Source: Fibrobacterales bacterium (lineage in GTDB: Bacteria > Fibrobacterota > Fibrobacteria > Fibrobacterales > JAOPTW01). Taken from it: DNA of 15,373 bases. Every line of letters begins with the position of its first letter. Within the stretch, counting starts at the first letter, position 1. Shown one piece after another: positions 1 through 7,428 of the stretch. The position numbers and the translations under genes were made by a program. Below the pieces are notes generated by a model. That model was not told the DNA's origin, made no database searches, and worked only from the letters and a program-made list of their open reading frames with translations. The stretch is from positions 1 to 15,373 of the forward strand of contig JAOPTW010000096.1 in NCBI GenBank assembly GCA_051532035.1, given 5' to 3'.

Positions 1-1369
1 ATTCTGATGCACCATTGTACCATCCAATAAAGGTATAGCCATCTCTGGTTGGAGCAGTTGGTCGTGCAACGGTAGAACCGGCGTTGACCGTAGCTGAAGC
101 TATGGAGCCATTTCCACCATTAAGATCGAAGGAGACTCTATAGGTTATCACTGTCCATCGTGCTTGGAGTGTAAAGTCAGTAGTTACCCCTTGAGAGAAG
201 CTCCATAGTGTATTTCCGTTATACCATCCATCAAAGGTATAGCCACTTTGTATAGGAGCTGATGGTTCAGTGAGCAATGAACCAGGGGCCACAGTAGCTG
301 GAGGAACTGAAGCATTACTTCCATTACCATCAAAAATTACGGTATAGAGTATCTGTGGTGCGGAAGAGGACTCTTGAGTCTCCTGACTCGATGGTATTGA
401 TTGACTTGAAAGCATTGTTTGACTCGACACCATTGTTTGGCTCGAAAGTATTTCTTGACTCGATGCTCCTGTAGCTGATGAAATTAAAGGCCCTTGCATT
501 GAAGATGTGCCTTGTGCACTACTGCTTTGAACGACAGCAACAGAACTGATAGTTCCATTGGTACTACTGGAAGAGCTGATAGCACTTGTTTCAGAAGACG
601 CTGAAAGCGTTGTTCCACTTGAAATATTCTCACTGCTCGACACATTTTCAGCTGATGATACCGACACCATTGACGATTGTGGTACCGCTTCGGAACTTGA
701 TGGATTGTCTGCAACAGCAAAACTTGATGCATGTGATCTATTATTTTCGACTGTAACGACAACGGTATCAAATACATTGTTATATCCATCAAATGCGTGA
801 ACCACTACAGAGTATGTCCCAATTTTATTGTAGATATGGCTCGTTTTTTCGGTAAATTCCTCAGATTCAACAAATTGAATGGCATAGCTCACATGAAATG
901 AGTTATCCTCCCATACAATAGGGACTGTATATCTTTCTTTTAAGGCAATAATAGTATCATTCCCTGCACTAAATAGTGTTGGCATCTCATCGGGTACCGA
1001 TTCAAGAGCGAGTTCTCCGAGCACTACAACTGACTCATTTTTACGTGCAACAACAGCACCATTATTAAAGCACACATATTCTAGAGTAATATCTCTACTT
1101 TGAGGAACAGTGAGTTCAAAGAAAATCGTTGCAGCACCGAGTTCTACTCCATTTTCGACCACCAAAAATTCATCTTCAGCATCGGTAATAACCAAGTAGA
1201 TCGAGTCCATGCTTAAATCACCCTTTACAATAGTAAGCGAAAGCAATGCCGTAGTATCATCAACATCGGAAAATTCATCAGGAGCATGAGCCGTTTCACT
1301 CGCACCAAGACAAGCAATGAACAAAAAGGGTGTAATGATTCCGAAAAGGAAAACACAAAGTCTATGCAT
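1..1369 (-). CDS. Lipoprotein with PKD-like segment, Ser-rich linker and at least two InlB B-repeat (Listeria-Bacteroides repeat) units; 3' end lies outside the window
   Basis: Manual translation from ATG 1369 is open for 456 codons to the window edge. It begins MHRLCVFLFGIITPFLFIAC (lipobox-like, Cys20) with GGGAG SD at 1376-1380. It contains SHIYNKIGTYSVVVHAFDG (PKD-like), a long Ser-rich tract, then YTVIFDGNG...PSAPIQSGYTFDGWY...FTLQARW and YRVSFDLNGG...PTAPTRDGYTFIGWY, typical B-repeat motifs. It is absent from the ORF track because no stop codon lies in the window. Confidence 0.9.
   Translation of the reverse strand, partial: MHRLCVFLFGIITPFLFIACLGASETAHAPDEFSDVDDTTALLSLTIVKGDLSMDSIYLVITDAEDEFLVVENGVELGAATIFFELTVPQSRDITLEYVCFNNGAVVARKNESVVVLGELALESVPDEMPTLFSAGNDTIIALKERYTVPIVWEDNSFHVSYAIQFVESEEFTEKTSHIYNKIGTYSVVVHAFDGYNNVFDTVVVTVENNRSHASSFAVADNPSSSEAVPQSSMVSVSSAENVSSSENISSGTTLSASSETSAISSSSSTNGTISSVAVVQSSSAQGTSSMQGPLISSATGASSQEILSSQTMVSSQTMLSSQSIPSSQETQESSSAPQILYTVIFDGNGSNASVPPATVAPGSLLTEPSAPIQSGYTFDGWYNGNTLWSFSQGVTTDFTLQARWTVITYRVSFDLNGGNGSIASATVNAGSTVARPTAPTRDGYTFIGWYNGASE
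374..463 (-). repeat. Five degenerate 18-bp tandem repeats encoding SSQxxx in the Ser-rich linker
   Basis: Minus-strand units TCGAGTCAAGAAATACTT, TCGAGCCAAACAATGGTG, TCGAGTCAAACAATGCTT, TCAAGTCAATCAATACCA, TCGAGTCAGGAGACTCAA encode SSQEIL SSQTMV SSQTML SSQSIP SSQETQ. Confidence 0.85.
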
Positions 1370-1385
1370 ATTAAGCTCCCAATTG

Positions 1386-1443
1386 TAGAAGTACTCCACC
1401 TTTAAACTCTGTAGGGGTGTTTTTAAGAAGGCGGGGTGCTCTA
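1386..1443. repeat. Imperfect inverted repeat just upstream of the SD of the 1369 gene
   Basis: TAGAAGTACTCCACCTT ... AAGGCGGGGTGCTCTA pair over about 15 positions with wobbles and mismatches. Function unknown. Confidence 0.45.
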
Positions 1444-1604
1444 GAAATATTTAGATAGTACGTACGTGATCAAAATAGATAATAGAGTCGCTTTCGTTCT
1501 CTGAGTATATTGAAATTTACAACCTTGTAGTGCTTAACTGGTGAACCTGGGATCAACAGTATTCTCGTATGAGACATTTCGAAATATACACAATAAAAAG
1601 AGTA

Positions 1605-2288
1605 CTACTCCTTCCCCTTCGTTTCAATCAACCCGGAGGCAATCAATCCTGAAGGAATAGCTACAATTGCAATCCCAATGAGCGTTACAAGAGCCGTGAA
1701 GATCTTCCCCCCAATGGTAATAGGATAAAAGTCACCATACCCCACTGTTGTCAGTGTAACAATAGCCCACCAGAAGCATTTTGGTATTGATCCAAAGCCA
1801 TCGGGCTGTGCCACATGCTCAAAATAGTAGATACCGACACTTGATAGGTAAATGAATACGAGCGCAAATACTGAAAAGAGTGCGAGCTCATTTTTTATAC
1901 TATAAAACACAAGAAAGAGTCGGTCACTTGCCTGCCTGAGTTTATTATTACGCAAGAGTTTAGCAATGCGCACAATTCGTATAATTCGCAACCCTTTTAA
2001 ATCAGCACCAGTGAGGAGGCCTGGCAAGATTGAAAGAAAATCAATGAGCCCCATAACACTAAAAACATATCGCAGAGGCTTTGGAGAAGCCCATACCCGG
2101 AGAACATATTCTAACAGAAAAAGACCAGTGAAGAGCATATTTGTATGCTTTAAGATAGCTGAGTACTCAACAAGCTCTTGCATTGACTCAAAAGTAAATT
2201 CAACGAGAAACAGAAAAATCAATAGTTGCGATATTGCGCCTAATATACCTGAATTAAACGATTCATTCATTTTACTTTTCATCATCAT
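1605..2288 (-). CDS. Potassium channel, voltage-gated-type (Ion_trans) subunit
   Basis: Pore helix and filter FWWAIVTLTTVGYGD (TVGYGD at 1731-1748), S4-like LRIIRIVRIAKLLR, S2/S3 motifs EYVLRVW and IDFLSILP, and several hydrophobic segments. The exact start among several Met codons is uncertain. Confidence 0.95.
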   Translation of the reverse strand: MMMKSKMNESFNSGILGAISQLLIFLFLVEFTFESMQELVEYSAILKHTNMLFTGLFLLEYVLRVWASPKPLRYVFSVMGLIDFLSILPGLLTGADLKGLRIIRIVRIAKLLRNNKLRQASDRLFLVFYSIKNELALFSVFALVFIYLSSVGIYYFEHVAQPDGFGSIPKCFWWAIVTLTTVGYGDFYPITIGGKIFTALVTLIGIAIVAIPSGLIASGLIETKGKE

Positions 2289-2400
2289 CTTGAATTATCT
2301 CCAATCTACTACACTGTTTACGCATAGGCAAAGCAGATGTGTCGTATCTAACTATCTCACCGTACCCCTAACCTAGTATATTTTAGTGCTTAATTCACTG

Positions 2401-2544
2401 GCATGGCATTGGTAAGAGTCGAATGATTCATTTTAATGTAGGATTCACTGCTAAGAGAGACCAACGGTGTGATCGGACCACTTACTATCGGGCAAAGGGG
2501 GCCGATTATCTATTGAATTGACTCTTACCGGCAAAATGCTATGT
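2401..2544 (+). promoter_or_regulatory. Candidate structured 5' leader RNA, family not recognised
   Basis: GCATGGCATT (2401-2410) pairs with AATGCTATGT (2535-2544, two G-U). GGTAAGAGTC (2411-2420) pairs perfectly with GACTCTTACC (2520-2529). An inner hairpin forms GTGATCGG/CCGATTAT (2469-2509). TATATT lies at 2377-2382 and a GAGG SD at 2559-2562. Confidence 0.5.
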
Positions 2545-2568
2545 TTACACTTTTACCAGAGGTTCCCT

Positions 2569-4707
2569 ATCAAACCTTTTCAACTATTAGTTCTCGCACT
2601 CATATTATTTGTTTGCTGCAGTGTTAACAACTCAGCAGATTCAAACTCTATAACTGGTATCGTAATAGTCGGAGGAAACCCCGCTGCGGCAAAAGTATCT
2701 CTCGTCAGAAGTGATGATAAACATACTATAGTACAAGAGGTCTATACCAATGCAGATGGTACCTATGCATTTACCGATGTCCCTGCTGACTCATTTATTA
2801 TTGTTACAACGATTGACTGGGAATACGGTAATGTTTCTGACAACCTACTCATAAGCGAAGATTCAGAAATCATTCTCAATATTGACCTTGCTCCTTTTAA
2901 AAATCACCCGCATGAATTTGCCGACACGACCGCTCAGGTCTCTTTTTATTCCATTCCTATTACTGACTATTCATCTGAAAAGCAGCTCTATTATCTTGAT
3001 AGTACTGAGAATATCTACCAGGTTACATCCCCTAATACGACTCAAGAGTTCGCAATTATTAATCAGAATGGAACTCCGTCTGTGGTTGAGGTACAGCCAA
3101 CAATACAAATAAGTAGTTCGAGCTCTCTCCTGTTAATCTCCTCAGTTCAGAATGATCAAACCAATGACGATGGTATACAGCCAAGCTCATCTGCAGAACT
3201 GATAACCATTATCATTCAACCCGGAACCAATGAGGCACAAGATACCTATATATCTGCACAGAAGACGGGAGCTACTCAACCCCTTGTTCCGGACAATATA
3301 AATTATGGCAATGCAGAGTTTCTTCATTTAGGAGCGAATTTCCCTACACTGTATCGCACATTACTTGCCTTTGATTTAAGCCCAATACCATCAAACGCAA
3401 TAATTTCTTCTGCTACGCTAACTGTTACAACCCAGAATACTGCATCATATGCACATGCCCAAGGGAGAGACAGCAATATTTTGATACACAAATTATTAAA
3501 AAGTTGGAATGGAGGAACGGCAGATACTCATGCAAACAATTCATTGATTATTGATGGTGTTACGTCTTCAGAACGCTATTGGGGGGCCCAAGATGAAAGT
3601 GAAGATTGGACGCAAGGCTTTATTGGGCTAGACAATATCGATGCATCTACTCATGCGTATTCCACTATAACTCCAGCAATAATGGACGCCAGTAATTCAT
3701 TTGGAATTCACTTTATTTTTCCAATCAAAGAACTTGCTCAGGAATGGGTGAACTCTCCCTCGGATAATTTCGGAATGCTTTTGAGAACCTGGTCACTGTC
3801 CATTTCAGAAGAAACAAATGGTTTGCATTCTAATGGCGAAGAATTTGACTTCACACTCTTTTCTTCAAAAGCCGAAAATCCTTCAGTGAGGCCGAAGCTG
3901 GAGATAATGTATTCTCTCGATTCATCAAATACAGTTATTACCGAGTCAAGTAACCTGTTAAGCTCATCGGTAATGGCTCCCTTAAGTTCATCTGATGTAA
4001 GTATTTCTACAGAGGAAATAGAAATCACCATACAACCCGGACCAGAGACTGGTAAAGACGGTCATGTTTACGCTGATTGGCGCAATGACTCACCGACAAC
4101 AATTGATACTACCCCCTATGGAACTGAAGAAATATTAGAGTTAGGAGGGATATCCGGCACCCTAGCCAGAGCGCTCATTTCCTTTGATTTAAACGAAATA
4201 CCTCCAGATGCACTTATTATTTCAGCCCAATTAATATTGAAAGTCGACGTATATGGTAAAGACCCTGGAGAGTCCATCACTCAGTTCTCTCTTACTGCAC
4301 ATAAATTATTACAGGAGTGGACCCAAGCCTCATTACTCATACCTCTCTATACTACTGGTGTAACAACAGAGTCAGGAGAGTATTATATTGGTCAAAATAC
4401 CGAGTACGCCACAGAACGAGCCTATTCCACTATTTCAATGGCGAGTAATCCCTCTAACGAATATTTTACTAATCAAACTGACAGTTATTTTATTAATCCA
4501 TCTAACGATTATCTTACCTTCCCCCTTACAGAACTAGTCCAGGAGTGGGTCACGCTCCCTTCTGAAAATTTTGGTATGGCTCTCCGAAGCTGGTCACCTG
4601 ATCTCACGACTGATGACCTCAATTTATTCTTTAAGGTTTGGGCATCGGAAGCTCCGATTGCCGAAGACAGGCCGAAACTGGAAATAGCGTATACCCTGAG
4701 CAATTAA
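2569..4707 (+). CDS. Putative lipoprotein: N-terminal carboxypeptidase-regulatory-like beta domain, Ser-rich linker and two DNRLRE-like domains (start uncertain: TTG 2518, ATG 2536 or ATC 2569)
   Basis: Signal-like KPFQLLVLALILFVCC, then TNADGTYAFTDVPA. Two copies of a domain (about 3200-3915 and 4020-4704) carry IQPG..QDTYI/KDGHV, NYG/PYG, RTLLAFDLSPIPSNAIISSATL / RALISFDLNEIPPDALIISAQL, ELxQEWVxxPSxNFGMxLR and RPKLEIxY, the DNRLRE/CBM96-like pattern. Confidence 0.85.
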   Translation: MKPFQLLVLALILFVCCSVNNSADSNSITGIVIVGGNPAAAKVSLVRSDDKHTIVQEVYTNADGTYAFTDVPADSFIIVTTIDWEYGNVSDNLLISEDSEIILNIDLAPFKNHPHEFADTTAQVSFYSIPITDYSSEKQLYYLDSTENIYQVTSPNTTQEFAIINQNGTPSVVEVQPTIQISSSSSLLLISSVQNDQTNDDGIQPSSSAELITIIIQPGTNEAQDTYISAQKTGATQPLVPDNINYGNAEFLHLGANFPTLYRTLLAFDLSPIPSNAIISSATLTVTTQNTASYAHAQGRDSNILIHKLLKSWNGGTADTHANNSLIIDGVTSSERYWGAQDESEDWTQGFIGLDNIDASTHAYSTITPAIMDASNSFGIHFIFPIKELAQEWVNSPSDNFGMLLRTWSLSISEETNGLHSNGEEFDFTLFSSKAENPSVRPKLEIMYSLDSSNTVITESSNLLSSSVMAPLSSSDVSISTEEIEITIQPGPETGKDGHVYADWRNDSPTTIDTTPYGTEEILELGGISGTLARALISFDLNEIPPDALIISAQLILKVDVYGKDPGESITQFSLTAHKLLQEWTQASLLIPLYTTGVTTESGEYYIGQNTEYATERAYSTISMASNPSNEYFTNQTDSYFINPSNDYLTFPLTELVQEWVTLPSENFGMALRSWSPDLTTDDLNLFFKVWASEAPIAEDRPKLEIAYTLSN
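4446..4518 (+). repeat. In-frame internal duplication with 48-bp period in the second DNRLRE-like domain
   Basis: TAATCCCTCTAACGAATATTTTAC at 4446 and TAATCCATCTAACGATTATCTTAC at 4494 encode NPSNEYFT and NPSNDYLT. Confidence 0.7.
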
Positions 4708-4887
4708 TTCTGCTGACAGGTAAATTATATGTTACAAGAGGAAATGCCCACTACAAAAAGCTATCCTTACTCCTCTTCTTATACTATTCAACAAAGCCCC
4801 TATTTTGAAGCAGGTTAGAATTGAGAATCAACTTGTTTTACAATAGATATAAGCTATTTTTCCCTTTTACTTTCTCATCTACCCCTA

Positions 4888-5742
4888 ATGCCCCCTATAC
4901 AGACCAAAAAACTGAATATTGATGAATATGTTGACTATGTGAGCTACCTGAATGACTGGTATACCCACAAAAAAGAACATAATCCCGCTTTTTCATATCA
5001 AAACTTCTCAAAAGCGTGTAATTTTAAATCTAAAAGCTTTATTGCCGAGATATTAAAAGGCAAGAAACAACTCTCTCGAAGATCAATCACCAATTTCACC
5101 GAAGGGCTGAAACTCAACAAGAGAGAGACCGAATACTTCACGAACCTTGTCTTTTTCAGAACAGCCAAAACATCTTCAGAACAGACACTCTATTGGGAAA
5201 AAATCAAAAAACACCGTCTCCCAGGAGTAAACCGCAAAAGAACCTTCCGAGAGTTTGAGCTTCTCGAAAACTGGTACACCCTCCCTGTCCGTGAGATTAT
5301 CAGCGTTATTGACTTCAAGGAAGACTACAAGTATCTCGGCAAACTGGTTATTCCATCGATTACCGAAAAGCAGGCCAAGACATCAGTTGAGCTTCTTATT
5401 GAACTCGGTTTAGTAAAAAAAGAGGCCACGCTCTATGTTCAGAAAGACTTTGATATCTATATAGAGCCAGAACTCAAAAAGCTTGCGGGATACTCATTTC
5501 AAAAAAGTATGATACAGCTCGGGGCTCAGTTTTTGGATAACAGAAAAGTGCAATCCAGCGACAGTCAGACCATCACCTTTGGTTCTAACAAGGTACTCAA
5601 CGGAAAGCTTCGGGCTCTTATGGGTAAATTTATTGAAGATGTCTATCACACCGTTCTTGAACACCCAGAAGTCGAAGAGGTTCAGCAGCTCAACCTTCAA
5701 TTCTTTCCTCTAAGTAAAGACAACCTCACAGAAAACAAATGA
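4888..5742 (+). CDS. TIGR02147 family (DUF4423-containing) protein, putative HTH-type DNA-binding protein
   Basis: Family-typical motifs: IDEYVDYVSYLNDWY, NPAFSYQNFSKACNFKSKSFIAEILKGKKQLS, LKLNKRETEYFTNLVFF, WYTLPVREII, LGKLVIPSITEKQAKTSVELLIELGLV and the C-terminal VQQLNLQFFPLS. The 284-aa length fits the family. Confidence 0.9.
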   Translation: MPPIQTKKLNIDEYVDYVSYLNDWYTHKKEHNPAFSYQNFSKACNFKSKSFIAEILKGKKQLSRRSITNFTEGLKLNKRETEYFTNLVFFRTAKTSSEQTLYWEKIKKHRLPGVNRKRTFREFELLENWYTLPVREIISVIDFKEDYKYLGKLVIPSITEKQAKTSVELLIELGLVKKEATLYVQKDFDIYIEPELKKLAGYSFQKSMIQLGAQFLDNRKVQSSDSQTITFGSNKVLNGKLRALMGKFIEDVYHTVLEHPEVEEVQQLNLQFFPLSKDNLTENK

Positions 5743-7052
5743 TTCAACTTCTCCTACTCATCTGCTCTTGTATACTCCTTTCGTGCTCGCTTTCAGAAGG
5801 TACTGTTGATGATTCCAATTCATTAACAGGAATCGTCATTGTCGGTGGGCAACCCATCGCTGCAAAGGTTGCACTGGTACATTACGGTGACCACCGAACG
5901 GTTATCACTGAGACGGAATCAGATTCTACGGGCCACTACCTCATAACTGAGATTCCTGCGGGGAGGTATACCGTTGTCTCGACAGTTGACTGGACTTATG
6001 GTAGTGTTACCGAAGGTTTTACTATTACTGATAATGAAGATGCTACTCTTCATATTAATCTCCGGGAGTTCAAGAGCTATACCTATGATTTTGGGGATGA
6101 GGATATCGATGTTTATTTTTATCATATTCCTATTGAGAGTTATGCGACTGACCATACTCTCTTCTATTTGGACGATGTAGTAAATTATTTTACTGTTGAT
6201 GATGCCAGTGTTATTACGACCTATACTCTGAGTGATTTACAGGTCTCTTTAGCAGAAGCCCTTCCAACTCAAGAGGCATCGAGGGTATCAAGTTCAAGTA
6301 GTGAGGAAGTTAGTTTAATCACTTCAAGTTCTTCAATAAAAGTAATCCCACCTGAGGTAAAGTCCATTACCCTATATACGGACAAAGATGCAATCGTGGA
6401 AAATAACAACGAGGTAATTCAAATGAGCAGAATTAATTCTGGCAATACCTCAAGATTACACATCGGACATAAATCATACCTTATTTCTGAAGAAATAATA
6501 ACGAGCAAGTTATTAATTGAATTTGCATTATCTGCAATCCCAGATAATGCAACAATTTCCACCGCCTTTTTAACTCTCACACCCGCGACTTCTGAATACA
6601 TAACACATCCGAATAGTTTATATATGTTTGGCATTCATAAACTATTAAAGAGCTGGACTGAAGGGTCTAATGATAGGGAGCGATACCAAGATACCGAACC
6701 TTTTGGAGTTACAGCCTTAGATCGTTTTGGGGGGCAATATGGGGAAGAATCCAATTGGAGCCAATTAATGGTCGGTGAAAATGATGATGATGCCAGTAGT
6801 AAAATATATAGCTCATTAAGCAGAGAAGAGGCGCCTCCAGCTGAATGTTGTATTTTTAGCATTACCACTCTAGTGCAAGAGTGGCTTGACGACTCTACGA
6901 CCAATTATGGACTACTTATAAGTAATAGCCGAGTAATCAACGAATCTGATTCAATACATTCATTTCTTGATGTACACTCATCAGAAGCTGAAAATGAAGC
7001 TGACCGACCTAAGCTTGAAATAACCTATAGTGTGTCAAACTCCCTGAAATAA
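5739..7052 (+). CDS. Lipoprotein paralogous to 2569-4707, with one DNRLRE-like domain
   Basis: Lipobox LLSC (Cys16). N-terminal DSNSLTGIVIVGGQPIAAKVALV matches DSNSITGIVIVGGNPAAAKVSLV of the upstream gene. C-terminal motifs are LLIEFALSAIPDNATISTAFLTL, IHKLLKSW, LVQEWL..NYGLLI and DRPKLEITY. ATGA overlap with the TIGR02147-like stop. Confidence 0.88.
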   Translation: MIQLLLLICSCILLSCSLSEGTVDDSNSLTGIVIVGGQPIAAKVALVHYGDHRTVITETESDSTGHYLITEIPAGRYTVVSTVDWTYGSVTEGFTITDNEDATLHINLREFKSYTYDFGDEDIDVYFYHIPIESYATDHTLFYLDDVVNYFTVDDASVITTYTLSDLQVSLAEALPTQEASRVSSSSSEEVSLITSSSSIKVIPPEVKSITLYTDKDAIVENNNEVIQMSRINSGNTSRLHIGHKSYLISEEIITSKLLIEFALSAIPDNATISTAFLTLTPATSEYITHPNSLYMFGIHKLLKSWTEGSNDRERYQDTEPFGVTALDRFGGQYGEESNWSQLMVGENDDDASSKIYSSLSREEAPPAECCIFSITTLVQEWLDDSTTNYGLLISNSRVINESDSIHSFLDVHSSEAENEADRPKLEITYSVSNSLK

Positions 7053-7121
7053 TCTTCATAAAAGAGAGTTGGGACCGCCATTCACCCCATCAGCCTCAAT
7101 TTTCATCACCATATTCAGCCT

Positions 7122-7169
7122 AATTTACCCTCTTTCAACCTCACCATCCAAAGGTTTAAAGAGGTAATT
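7122..7169. repeat. Imperfect inverted repeat 70 nt after the 7052 stop; possible terminator
   Basis: AATTTACCCTCTTTCAACCT ... AGGTTTAAAGAGGTAATT, followed by only a short T run. Confidence 0.45.
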
Positions 7170-7273
7170 TTCGTCTCTGGAATTTAGCGTTCGCCAATGG
7201 AGAACGACTCCTTAAAAAGCCACTCCAATCACCTTCACTCTCCCCTATACCAGAGCTATATTCTATGAGAACC

Positions 7274-7406
7274 TATAGTATAGCCAGGGTATGTTTGCTC
7301 ACAATCCTTATACATTGTAAGAATAGACAGCTTTCTCAATTCTATTTTTTACACTCCTGAGTGCTCTTTAAAAAGTACGGCAAACATGAATTGGCTATCC
7401 TCTATA
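7274..7406 (+). promoter_or_regulatory. Candidate structured 5' leader RNA of the 300-aa/1624-aa gene pair
   Basis: Nested pairings TATAG/CTATA (7274-7278 with 7402-7406), ATAGCCA/TGGCTAT (7280-7286 with 7392-7398) and ATGTTTGC/GCAAACAT (7291-7298 with 7380-7387). Inner hairpins ACAAT/ATTGT and AGAATAGA/TCTATTTT. TATATT at 7257-7262 and GGAG SD at 7420-7423. Confidence 0.5.
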
Positions 7407-7428
7407 CATCATTTATTATGGAGCCCCT

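Noticed and set aside
374..463. CRISPR-like reading of the short repeats
   Set aside because: The units are contiguous 18-bp in-frame coding repeats with no spacers and no cas genes.
484..800. Track ORFs 484-792 (-) and 558-800 (+)
   Set aside because: They are alternate-frame or antisense shadows of the 1369-start lipoprotein gene.
1430..1555. TPP-riboswitch-like words (GGGGTGC, CTGAG, GAACCTG)
   Set aside because: The spacing and helices do not fit the TPP consensus, they are on the strand opposite the adjacent genes, and no thiamine gene is nearby.
1966..2376. 136-aa + strand ORF
   Set aside because: It is antisense to the well-supported K+ channel and has no recognisable motif.
2401..2544. 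Assignment of the leader as a c-di-GMP, lysine or cobalamin riboswitch, 6S/SRP RNA or retron msr-msd
   Set aside because: Only isolated words match (GGGCAAA, AAAGGGGGCCGA, CGGTG). Full consensus elements are missing and there is no reverse transcriptase in the window.
2882..6904. Short ORFs nested in or antisense to the lipoprotein and TIGR02147-like genes
   Set aside because: They are fully overlapped by motif-supported genes and are typical shadow ORFs.
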